DNA from: Bdellovibrio sp.
GTDB lineage: Bacteria > Bdellovibrionota > Bdellovibrionia > Bdellovibrionales > Bdellovibrionaceae
Assembly: GCA_036677065.1 (NCBI GenBank)
Contig: JAKFBS010000004.1
Span: forward strand, 32,001-96,000
Direction of reading: 5' to 3'
DNA length: 64,000 nucleotides
This document shows, piece after piece, positions 55,484-64,000 of this stretch; within the stretch, counting starts at the first letter, position 1, and the number at the start of each line of letters is the position of its first letter. The position numbers and the translations under genes are program-made. The notes beneath the pieces are model-generated. The model saw only the letters and a list, made by a program, of their open reading frames with translations, did not search any database and was not told the origin of the DNA.

Positions 55484-57287
55484 ACTCTTCAAGTTTAACA
55501 GCAACCGTGTCTAAGGCCTTCAGCCAAAACTTTTTATCAGTGATATCTTCACCTAAATGTTTTTGGACAAGGTCTTCGGCGGTCATCATTCCAGTGTCAC
55601 GTAAGATCGCAGTGTATTTGGCGCTGAAATCTTTGCCCCATTCGTCTTTGCGGGCGTACAGACTTAAGCTGAATAAATATCCGAACGTGTACGGGAAGTT
55701 GTAGAAGCTTAATCCAGCCATTGAAAAGTGAAGTTTAGTTGCCCAGAACATTGGATCTGGCTGTGATAATGAATCACCGTACCATTTTGTGTAGGCCTCT
55801 TCCATCAATGCAGTTAATTCATCCGGATTAACGTACCCAGCTTTACGTTTTTCATAGAAATTCTTTTCGTATTCAAAACGAGTCGGTATATTTAATAGTA
55901 ATGAAACCGCACCTTCAGCGATTGACCAGTAAACATCTAAAACTTCGTCTTTAGTTTTTGCTGAAGAGATTTGGTAATCGAATAAAGTTTGTTCAGCGAA
56001 AATACTTGCTGTTTCTGCCAACGACATTGTGTACATCGTGCTGATTTTGGTCATATCACGCATAACCCAGTTATGGTAAGCGTGACCTAATTCATGCGCT
56101 AGTGTTGAAGTGTTTTGTGAAGAGCCTGAGAAAGTCATAAATACGCGCGGGCTGCGGCTTTTAGAAAATCCACCGCAATAAGCGCCGTTACGTTTATTCG
56201 GACGAACACTCATGTCGATCCAGTTTTTATCTAACATCATTTGTGCAAATTCACCAAACGTTGGATCCATATGCGTAAAGGCATCTTTCACTTGTTTGAA
56301 TGATTCTTTAAAAGTTAACCCCGCTTCAGATTTAATTGGAGCCGGAGCTACTAAATCCCAAGGGTCTAATTGTTTTTTACCGTAGTACTTAGCCATCGTT
56401 TTTGCAGCGGCTTGGATTTTTGGACGGTAGTCGCTACATGCATCGATCATCGCTTGCAGAGTCTCAGCTTTGATACGATTACTGTGTAATGGTTCGTCTA
56501 AGAAATCTAACTTCTTTGTAGGTGTTGAACGTAAGTTATTTACGTCGTGTCTCCAACCGGCTAAAGCATTAACGATGGCTGCAGCTGTTTGTCGATGTTC
56601 TTTCCATGTATTTTGAATACCTTCCCAACTGGCTTTGCGCAGGGCTTCGTCGCTGCCTTGGGTGTTGCCGAAAGCGACGGCGATACTTGTTGGCTCGGGA
56701 TATGACGGGTGATCGATTTTCACTCGTGCGCTACTTGAAATAGAGCTGTAAAGGTTACCCCAAGAGGTATGGCCATCTTTTCTTAAAGTCGATATGATCT
56801 CTTCTTCTTTTTCAGAAAGAAGATGATCTTTTTTCATTCTAGAACGCGAATAGTAAAAGGCATAATCTTTAATTTTTTCGGCTTTAAAAAATTTAGCAAA
56901 GTTTTCGTCGCTGGTTTTCGATAAAAATAAATTTAACGGAGTCATGGCGATTTCAAACTGCGAAAACATATCTTTATATAAGTAAGAATACATTTTCTCG
57001 GCTTCAGCATTCTTTGAATCTAATGAGAATTCGAATGAAGCGTAAGAAGATAAGTTGTAAAGTAACAACATCGCTTCAGAAGAAATGAAAAGAGTTTCTT
57101 GCATGCCTTCTAAAGCTTGCGGTGGAAGCGGTTCTTGTGGATTCGTTAATTGCGGACCGAAGTTTTTCAAGTTGGCCGTAATCTTTGCGATCGCAGCTTT
57201 AACTCCTTCGATATCTGCAGTCCACTCTTTAGAAGTGAATGATGGATACTCAGTCGTATTATCCCATTGTGGTAAAATTTCTTTCAT
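55470..57287 (-). CDS. pepF: M3B oligoendopeptidase F
   Basis: KRNGAYC, TLAHELGHAYH, AETASIFAE, FYNFPYTFG. Confidence 0.93.
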   Translation of the reverse strand: MKEILPQWDNTTEYPSFTSKEWTADIEGVKAAIAKITANLKNFGPQLTNPQEPLPPQALEGMQETLFISSEAMLLLYNLSSYASFEFSLDSKNAEAEKMYSYLYKDMFSQFEIAMTPLNLFLSKTSDENFAKFFKAEKIKDYAFYYSRSRMKKDHLLSEKEEEIISTLRKDGHTSWGNLYSSISSSARVKIDHPSYPEPTSIAVAFGNTQGSDEALRKASWEGIQNTWKEHRQTAAAIVNALAGWRHDVNNLRSTPTKKLDFLDEPLHSNRIKAETLQAMIDACSDYRPKIQAAAKTMAKYYGKKQLDPWDLVAPAPIKSEAGLTFKESFKQVKDAFTHMDPTFGEFAQMMLDKNWIDMSVRPNKRNGAYCGGFSKSRSPRVFMTFSGSSQNTSTLAHELGHAYHNWVMRDMTKISTMYTMSLAETASIFAEQTLFDYQISSAKTKDEVLDVYWSIAEGAVSLLLNIPTRFEYEKNFYEKRKAGYVNPDELTALMEEAYTKWYGDSLSQPDPMFWATKLHFSMAGLSFYNFPYTFGYLFSLSLYARKDEWGKDFSAKYTAILRDTGMMTAEDLVQKHLGEDITDKKFWLKALDTVAVKLEEFSKL

Positions 57288-57336
57288 AAATAATCCTTTC
57301 GCTTAATGCGTTGCTCCCCAAAAAGTAACGGCCTAC

Positions 57337-57858
57337 CTATTTGGGAAAGTCTTTTCTTACAAATAAGCTTTTTACTTGGAGATCGATAGCTTTTAATTTT
57401 TCGATGGCGTCGTCGCCACCGCGGTTGATTACACATAACACTGTATTGATATTTGCTTTTACAGAGCGAAGATCTGCGGTGCTTAAAATAACTTGGCCAC
57501 CAGAAGTAATGACATCTTCGATAATGCACACACGTTTATTTTCGATCACGGCACCTTCAGCGAATAAACAGGTTCCGTAATCTTTGGCTGTTTTTCTGAC
57601 GAAGCACACTGGAATGCCTGTCTCGAGCGAAATTGCGGTCGCTACGGGAATGCCTCCCATTTCAAGGCCTGCTAAGACTTCTGTGTCTTTTGGAACGAGC
57701 TGTGCCATCTGGCGAGCGATTTCGCGCAATAATTCTGGCTGAGCTTCGAAACGGTATTTATCGAAGTACTCGTGAGAAATTTGGCCAGAGCGAAGTTTGA
57801 ATTCTCCGGTTAAGTGGGCGACATCGAAAAGTTTTTTAGCGAGTTCAGAGTGAGTCAT
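57337..57858 (-). CDS. pyrE: Orotate phosphoribosyltransferase
   Basis: GEFKLRSG, RKTAKDYGT, IIEDVITSGG; SD AAGGA before 57858. Confidence 0.92.
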   Translation of the reverse strand: MTHSELAKKLFDVAHLTGEFKLRSGQISHEYFDKYRFEAQPELLREIARQMAQLVPKDTEVLAGLEMGGIPVATAISLETGIPVCFVRKTAKDYGTCLFAEGAVIENKRVCIIEDVITSGGQVILSTADLRSVKANINTVLCVINRGGDDAIEKLKAIDLQVKSLFVRKDFPK

Positions 57859-57945
57859 GCAGTTTCCTTTAGACACTAAATTGTTCGAAAAAGTTTGGCT
57901 TAGATTATGCTTTCTATTCATAAGTTGGAAGTCATGGTGCTATGT

Positions 57946-58170
57946 ATGAAAAAGCAATTTAGCTTATGGATTGAACAGTTAGGGGAGCAGTTGATTAGTC
58001 GAGGTAAAGCCTCAGACTTTCAAACCCTACGTCTTTTCGCTATCTTAGCAGGCCTGACTTTGGTTTTTGTCGTCATGCTGACGGTCGTGCAGTTCTCTCC
58101 AACTGCCCCAAATCACAGCGAAATAAAGCCAATGCAAGACTTAAGTACTGAAGCCAAGCTGGCTCCATAA
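57946..58170 (+). CDS. Small single-TM hypothetical protein
   Basis: Fills the gap between genes; hydrophobic segment LFAILAGLTLVFVVMLTVV. Confidence 0.55.
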   Translation: MKKQFSLWIEQLGEQLISRGKASDFQTLRLFAILAGLTLVFVVMLTVVQFSPTAPNHSEIKPMQDLSTEAKLAP

Positions 58171-58193
58171 TCTATCTTAGATAAAACAAACTA

Positions 58194-59231
58194 TTATTTT
58201 CGGTGCTGTTTTTTACGTTGATGCCATTGTTCCATGGCGTACTTACGCATGTCTTCGATGTTGTCGAATTCATCCATGATTTCAACGCCCAGTAGGGTTT
58301 CTACGGCGTCTTCAAGAGTCACTAAACCGGTGGTTACGCCGTATTCGTCGTTAACAATGGCTAAGTGGGATTTTTCTTTAATGAAAAAATCAAGCACATG
58401 GGAAACAGTCATACGCTCAGTCACATTTGAAATCGGCATAATTAATTCTGAGATTTTTTTGTGATGTTGATCTGCAGATAAGGCTTCTAAAATTTTATAA
58501 CGGTGAGTGATTCCGATAATGTGATCTAAAGAATCCTGATAAACCGGTATGCGTGAAAATCTAATCGGTTTAAATTTTTTCGAGACTTCGTGAACACTCA
58601 TTTCTCCGTCAAGCGCCATAAAAACTGATCGCGGCGTCATGATGTCAGAGACAAAAACATTATCTAACTTCATTAGATTTTTAATAATTGTAGATTCTTT
58701 AGCTTTTAAAGTGCCTTCTTCAACACCGATTTCGGCATTCTTAATCATTTCGTCACGGGTGATATCTGGCTCTTCAGTGTTTGATGCTAAAATGTGAGAA
58801 ATTAAATCTGACATTTTCACAAACGGATACACAGATATAGTCATGATCTGTACGCAGTAGGCACAGAAAAACGAAAATGATTTAGGATTATTTTTGCCGA
58901 TAGTTTTCGGAACGATTTCAGAAAAAACTAAAATCATGAAAGTTAAAAATACAGAAAATAAAGTGACATAGCTATCACCGAATTCATTGTGAACAGCGTA
59001 GGCGATCCACGCTGAACCTAAAGTGTTTGAAATTGTATTTAAAGTTAAGATCGCAGAAATCGAGCGATCCATGTGATCGACGACATGTTTTAAAACTTTT
59101 CCAGATTTTGGCCGTTGATCGACGGCGACTTCAACGAACGCCGGTGATAGTGAAAGTAAAACAGCTTCACAAAGCGAGCAGATAAAAGAAACCGAAAGAA
59201 TCAAAACAAAAGCGAGAAGAATTAAAGCCAT
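58194..59231 (-). CDS. CNNM (DUF21) + CBS domain protein (CorB/hemolysin-like)
   Basis: SFICSLCEAVLLS, ILTLNT, SEIVPK, IMTPR, FSRIPVY, VNDEYG...LED; likely start 59231. Confidence 0.93.
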   Translation of the reverse strand: MALILLAFVLILSVSFICSLCEAVLLSLSPAFVEVAVDQRPKSGKVLKHVVDHMDRSISAILTLNTISNTLGSAWIAYAVHNEFGDSYVTLFSVFLTFMILVFSEIVPKTIGKNNPKSFSFFCAYCVQIMTISVYPFVKMSDLISHILASNTEEPDITRDEMIKNAEIGVEEGTLKAKESTIIKNLMKLDNVFVSDIMTPRSVFMALDGEMSVHEVSKKFKPIRFSRIPVYQDSLDHIIGITHRYKILEALSADQHHKKISELIMPISNVTERMTVSHVLDFFIKEKSHLAIVNDEYGVTTGLVTLEDAVETLLGVEIMDEFDNIEDMRKYAMEQWHQRKKQHRK

Positions 59232-59725
59232 AGAAGTCGATATCCTATCATTAATTTGGAAGCAAAAGCTAAGAGCAACTCGACTTTTGGTGCGGAATAA
59301 TTGGCTATTATGCTTAAAAACAATGCAGAAGTTGCTAATAGCAATCAGGTCATGTTTTTTGTTTGAATACTTCGGTGGCAAATGCAGGACATCGATTGTT
59401 TAAATAAAATTTATTGAGTTGATAAAAAAGTTCAGCAGAAGTTTCGAAACTCAAGCTGGGCGCGAGAAATTGCAATTTTACCAAGCAAAAACACACGTTA
59501 GCCTAGCTCAACTAAGTACTAGATTTTGAACGGGGTGATGATTTTTTAACAGTGTCGTAACGGTACTTTCTTAACAGGAATTTAATGGCTGATATCATGA
59601 AATCGAATTTAGGACGACTCCTTTCTAAACCTTAGACCTTAGTAGAAAAATACTTCGCTGTTTACTGGGTATTCTCACTCTGAGTCTCGCGCAATACCTG
59701 GCTTTGGTCGATATAGGAAAGGCGG

Positions 59726-59932
59726 ATGTATATATGTGGAACATGTTCAGCTTCGTATGCTGGTGGGCCGGCAGCCCAATTTGGCTCATTCAATGGTTTA
59801 ATAGGAGCTTCAACTCAAGGTGGTAGTGGAGTTAACCCTGCTAATGCAGCTGATGCTAATCGTGGTAGTGCGGGTCGCGGGGCTGATGGTACAGCGGGTG
59901 ATGACGGTATTATTTTCTGGATTTGGCCATAG
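59726..59932 (+). other. Gly-rich ORF resembling the C-terminal end of a larger surface/fibre protein (possible remnant)
   Basis: GGSGVNPANAADANRGSAGRG...GDDGIIFWIWP; in-frame stop a few codons upstream. Confidence 0.45.
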
Positions 59933-59946
59933 GAGAGGAATAAGAA

Positions 59947-60447
59947 ATGAAGAATTTATTATTTATATTAATGTTAACTTTAGCCGTGGCCGCAAACGCC
60001 AAGGATTATAAAGTCTTTTTTAAAAGCGAAGCTACAGATAATAGAACAAACATCGTCGAACCGGATTTGTTATTTCTTAATATTGACGACAAAGTTATTT
60101 TTAGTTCTACAAATGTAAATCTAGATAAAATTGTGATTATGAAAATCGATCAGCAGGGAATAATGACTGAAGTTAACGTTAACACCTACCGTGAACTCGT
60201 CGATCATTCATATCTGCAAACTAAAGAGAGCTGCGTTTATTTGTATCATTCGGCACAATATTTGTCTTCAGGCGCATTTGGTTTGAGCGTGGTTGGTTCT
60301 TACTATCAAAAGCAGGAAGATACTTTGAAAACAGTGAATCACAACCAGAACTTCAAAGATCGCATGGATCATATCTTGAATAAGATAACTCCTGTTGATA
60401 AAGTATATCCACCTGAACCACCACCACCTCCTCCTGTGGAAGAATAG
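59947..60447 (+). CDS. Secreted hypothetical protein with poly-Pro tail
   Basis: SD GAGGA; signal peptide ending ANA; PPEPPPPPP. Confidence 0.75.
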   Translation: MKNLLFILMLTLAVAANAKDYKVFFKSEATDNRTNIVEPDLLFLNIDDKVIFSSTNVNLDKIVIMKIDQQGIMTEVNVNTYRELVDHSYLQTKESCVYLYHSAQYLSSGAFGLSVVGSYYQKQEDTLKTVNHNQNFKDRMDHILNKITPVDKVYPPEPPPPPPVEE

Positions 60448-60451
60448 ACAA

Positions 60452-60900
60452 ATGATCGTACGGCATCTTGGATTTACACTTTTAGCGATTTTTTTGGTGA
60501 TCACATCACCTAAAGCCCGTGCGGCGACTTCAGATTACGCAAAGCTTGCGTACATTGATCAAACTTTATTAATCGGTTTAGGTTTAAGTTTTACTAAAAT
60601 GGAAACCTATATTATGAGGCAGGTATTGCCTTGAAGTGGTACGGACAAACAGTTTCAAAATTACCGATGAGTTTAGATTTAGATTTTTCTTATGTGAATC
60701 ACTTGGTGGTCGATTCGCCAATTGATTACGCTGCCGGGATTTCATATCGTATCGCTCTGGATTTTGACTTTGGCCGCCGCAGTTATTTTTCTAACTTTAA
60801 TATTCGTGCATTTTATGAGTATGAAAAAATTGAAAGTGAATTGTATCCGATAAACACTAAAGAGCTGGGCTTATCTTTAGCTCGCGCTTTTTCATTCTGA
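60452..60900 (+). pseudogene. Small OM beta-barrel gene split by a 1-nt frameshift
   Basis: Adding one A to the run at 60596-60599 joins the signal-peptide ORF and the ...LSLARAFSF ORF into one 149-aa protein. Confidence 0.75.
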
Positions 60901-60907
60901 TTATAAA

Positions 60908-61426
60908 TTAAAATAAATACATTAACGTAGCACTTGGGTAAGTATCTTTAACGGTTCTGATTTCAGACAGTGAACTAGTTTTATCACTTTTATAAACTGT
61001 GGTGCGATCTGAAACTTGAAAACCGATATGAAATTGTCCACCGACGTGTTCTAGATAACCAAAATCAATTTGTGGACCTTCACCGTTTGTCCAAGTTCCG
61101 ACTTTGGCTAAGATATCATAGTGGCCTAAAATAAACCAACCACGCTCCCAGTAATATCCTGCAGATGGGCCGTAAGCTTCGCCGGCTTCGCTGCCAGCTT
61201 CGTTGCGTGATTCAATTAAATAACGAAATCCAAAAGTAGGTCCGCCACGAACAAAATACAAAATATTCATATCCAGTTTGTTGGTGTAAACCTGATTTTG
61301 AAAACTATCTGTGCTTTGTCGGTAAGTTAAACCACCTTGAGCGATAATAGAATACATGCGCGGTGCTAAAGCGGCTGAGGTATTAAGGGCCAAAAATAAA
61401 ATGAAAAGCACGAAAAAGTGACGCAT
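60908..61426 (-). CDS. Small outer-membrane beta-barrel protein
   Basis: Signal peptide, amphipathic strands, C-terminal TLMYLF; likely start 61426. Confidence 0.7.
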   Translation of the reverse strand: MRHFFVLFILFLALNTSAALAPRMYSIIAQGGLTYRQSTDSFQNQVYTNKLDMNILYFVRGGPTFGFRYLIESRNEAGSEAGEAYGPSAGYYWERGWFILGHYDILAKVGTWTNGEGPQIDFGYLEHVGGQFHIGFQVSDRTTVYKSDKTSSLSEIRTVKDTYPSATLMYLF

Positions 61427-61597
61427 ATTTTCATTCCATTTTAGGACACAGTTAAACAAATTGTATATCAAAATTTCTCATGCCCAAGGGCAATTTAGCC
61501 CATACCTTTCTATTTGTGTTACTTACGATGCATTTGTAGGTGGTCCGATAATTGAAAAGTGCAATTGTTCTTAATTTTTTTAAAAAAAGGAGTAAAA

Positions 61598-62446
61598 ATG
61601 TCTAAATTATTTTTCGCGCCGTTATGCGCCCTAATTCTGGTCGTCGGCCTCTCGGGATGTAATGATTCGGATGATGAAAATGCGCTTACTGCGGGATCAA
61701 ACTCTGATTTAATGATTCAGCAAATCGGTGAATCAACAGTTTCACTTGATGAGTCGAGCGGCAACACAAGCGGCACCATAGTGCGTTCAAGTTTCTTAGA
61801 AGCATCGTGCAGTGGTGTAAGTTTTGGAGCCTGCGGTGCTACGGCTTCTAGTACAGTGGTTAAAGATTTTGCCGGTTGTACAATTGTCGGAGGTTTGGTT
61901 GCAGTTTCAGGAACGGTGACTTTATCTTATAGCGGAACAGGTTCTGGCACGTGCACAATACCAGCGAACGGGGATGCTGTAACTCGTGTACCAGCATTCA
62001 CAGCTTCGTTGCCCGCTAATGCAGGTTCATTTTCGACGTCAGCATTATCAACTGGCCAAACATTAACTCGTACGGGATCAGGTACATTTACTTTTTCGAA
62101 TACAGGAATTCGCCGTCTGTATACGGGGCCTACTGGGTCGGCAGTGGCTGATATCACTACGGCTACAACAGCTGATATTTTAGTTTCTGGAACTACTCGA
62201 GCTAACCGTGTGATCAATGGGGGGGCGCTGGCCGTCACAAATAATCTAACGAACCAAGTTTGTACCGTGTCACCAAATAATGTGGCGTGGACTTCGACCA
62301 CTTGTAATTGTCCGACGTCAGGAACATGGACGGGAACTTGTTCTACGGGTGAACCAGTTTCGGTTGCATTCACTTCAACGTGCGGTTCAGTTGATGCGGT
62401 ATTTGGAACGGCTTCAAAAACTGTAACAATCGATCGTTGTAATTAA
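61598..62446 (+). CDS. Thr/Gly/Cys-rich lipoprotein
   Basis: SD AGGAG; lipobox LSGC; beta-rich; CNCPTSG. Confidence 0.8.
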   Translation: MSKLFFAPLCALILVVGLSGCNDSDDENALTAGSNSDLMIQQIGESTVSLDESSGNTSGTIVRSSFLEASCSGVSFGACGATASSTVVKDFAGCTIVGGLVAVSGTVTLSYSGTGSGTCTIPANGDAVTRVPAFTASLPANAGSFSTSALSTGQTLTRTGSGTFTFSNTGIRRLYTGPTGSAVADITTATTADILVSGTTRANRVINGGALAVTNNLTNQVCTVSPNNVAWTSTTCNCPTSGTWTGTCSTGEPVSVAFTSTCGSVDAVFGTASKTVTIDRCN

Positions 62447-62461
62447 AATTTGAAAAATATT

Positions 62462-62497
62462 AAAAAAAAAGCCCCGGTATTTCTACCAGGGCTTTTT
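62462..62497. terminator. Bidirectional intrinsic terminator
   Basis: A9-GCCCCGGTA-TTTC-TACCAGGGC-T5. Confidence 0.85.
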
Positions 62498-62526
62498 CAT
62501 TTTTAATATGTATTAAAAACTTAAGA

Positions 62527-64000
62527 TTACTTGTTTTCAGCAGCACGTTTTGCAGCGTACTTCTTAGCAAGTTCTTCTTGAACGTTACGAGGAGCAGGTT
62601 GGTATTTTGCAAATTCCATAGAGAATTCGCCTTTACCTTTAGTGCTTGAACGTAAGTCAGTAGAATAACCGAACATTTCAGTTAACGGAACCTCAGCTTC
62701 AATCGTTACAGTGCCTTCGATCGTTGTTGTTCCAACGATAACGCCACGACGTTGATTGATTTGGCCGGATGCCGGACCTTGATATTCTTCAGGAACAGTT
62801 GTTTCAAGCTTCATGATCGGCTCAAGAACTGTTGGTTTAGCTTTTTGGTAAACTTCACGCATTGCTGCCATCGCAGCAATTTTAAACGCCATGTAAGATG
62901 AATCGACATCATGGTAAGCGCCGTCAGTTAAATCAACTTCAACACCAACGATTGGGAAGCCAATCATAGGTCCTTTTTTACATTGCTCAGCGAAACCTTC
63001 TTCAACAGCTGGGATGAATTCTTTAGGAATACGACCACCCACAACTTTGTTTTGGAATTTAAATACTGCGCCATCTTCTTGTGCTTCTAAAGGACGGATA
63101 GCCCCAGAGATTTTCGCGAATTGACCCGAACCACCTGTTTGTTTTTTATGAGTGTAATCGTAATCAGCTGCTGCACCGATAGTTTCACGGTAAGCAACTT
63201 GCGGTTGACCCACAGTTACTTCACAGTTGAATTCACGTTTCATACGTTCAACATAGATTTCTAAGTGAAGCTCGCCCATTCCAGAGATGATCGTTTCATT
63301 TGATTCTTCATCACGGTGAACGCGGAAAGTAGGATCTTCTTTACGAAACTTTTGTAAAGCTTTTGTAAAGTTATTAGTACCTTCTTTAGTTTTAGGAGCG
63401 ATAGCTAATGAGATAACTGAATCAGCGATATGCATAGATTGCATAGAAGCATTGATTCTGTCGTCACAGAAAGTGTCACCAGAAGCGCAATCGATACCGA
63501 ACATAGCTACGATGTCACCAGCGTAAGCAACGTCAGTGTCTTCCATTTTATCAGAATGCATACGAACAACGCGCGGTACTTTAACCGATTTTTTGTTCGT
63601 TTGATTGATAATGAAGTCACCTTTTTTAAGAGTACCTTGGTAGATACGCATGTAAGTTAACTGGCCGAATTGTGTTTCTTGTAATTTGAATGCAAGAGCA
63701 ACAAGTGGCATGTCGTTATCAGTTTTTAAAGGAAATTTTTCTTCGCCTTTATTTAAGTCTAACGCCATTTCAGTTTTTTCAGTTGGATTTGGTAAGTAAT
63801 AAGTTACGCCATCAAGTAAATGTTGAACGTTTTTATTTTTGAACGCAGATCCGCAGAATACTGGAACTAATTTTAATGAGATAACGCCTTTACGAACAGC
63901 AGCTTTCATTTCTTCTACTGTTGGCATTTCTTCCATTAAGAATTTTTCAGCAATACCATCATCGAAATCAGCAAGTTTGCCGATTAATTCTTGTTGGTAT
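62527..64000 (-). CDS. fusA: Elongation factor G (partial, 5' end outside the window)
   Basis: GSAFKNK, EDPTF, ISGMGELHLEI, PQVAYRETI, KKQTGGSGQF, YHDVDSS; frame stays open to the window edge. Confidence 0.97.
   Translation of the reverse strand, partial: YQQELIGKLADFDDGIAEKFLMEEMPTVEEMKAAVRKGVISLKLVPVFCGSAFKNKNVQHLLDGVTYYLPNPTEKTEMALDLNKGEEKFPLKTDNDMPLVALAFKLQETQFGQLTYMRIYQGTLKKGDFIINQTNKKSVKVPRVVRMHSDKMEDTDVAYAGDIVAMFGIDCASGDTFCDDRINASMQSMHIADSVISLAIAPKTKEGTNNFTKALQKFRKEDPTFRVHRDEESNETIISGMGELHLEIYVERMKREFNCEVTVGQPQVAYRETIGAAADYDYTHKKQTGGSGQFAKISGAIRPLEAQEDGAVFKFQNKVVGGRIPKEFIPAVEEGFAEQCKKGPMIGFPIVGVEVDLTDGAYHDVDSSYMAFKIAAMAAMREVYQKAKPTVLEPIMKLETTVPEEYQGPASGQINQRRGVIVGTTTIEGTVTIEAEVPLTEMFGYSTDLRSSTKGKGEFSMEFAKYQPAPRNVQEELAKKYAAKRAAENK

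Noticed and set aside
61927..62373. 148-aa minus-strand ORF
   Set aside because: Antisense shadow of the Thr/Gly-rich lipoprotein.

Overview
AT-rich bacterial chromosome segment, most consistent with a Bdellovibrio-like predator (Bdellovibrionota). This assignment is inferred from gene content (TIGR02147-type regulator, FliG_C-like orphan, spirochaete/deltaproteobacterial-type EF-G, many secreted hydrolases and small OM barrels), not from a database match. It opens with the end of an rRNA operon (23S 3' end, 5S) and tRNA-Pro(TGG), and carries many housekeeping genes (rpsR, rpmB, rplX, ETF-QO, lpxD, infA, tex, topA, prc, htpX, 2-oxoacid dehydrogenase E1a/b, folB-folKP-folC, pepF, pyrE, partial fusA). 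The standout is an ~11.6 kb co-oriented cluster (23667-35263). It encodes a DarB/StlD-like KAS-III ketosynthase fused to a heme-oxygenase-like diiron domain, a His/Glu-rich unknown protein, two fatty-acid hydroxylase/sterol-desaturase enzymes, a secreted phospholipase D, and a LolD/LolE/LolA-like ABC system with an OM barrel: a candidate pathway to make, oxidise and export an unknown lipid. Other observations: an unlisted 36-aa very basic ORF, two broken genes (a GNAT with an internal deletion and an OM barrel with a 1-nt frameshift), a 14-bp tandem array after the tRNA, candidate operators beside two HTH regulators, and a recurring leaderless-mRNA promoter layout. All family assignments come from motif recognition by eye; no searches were run.
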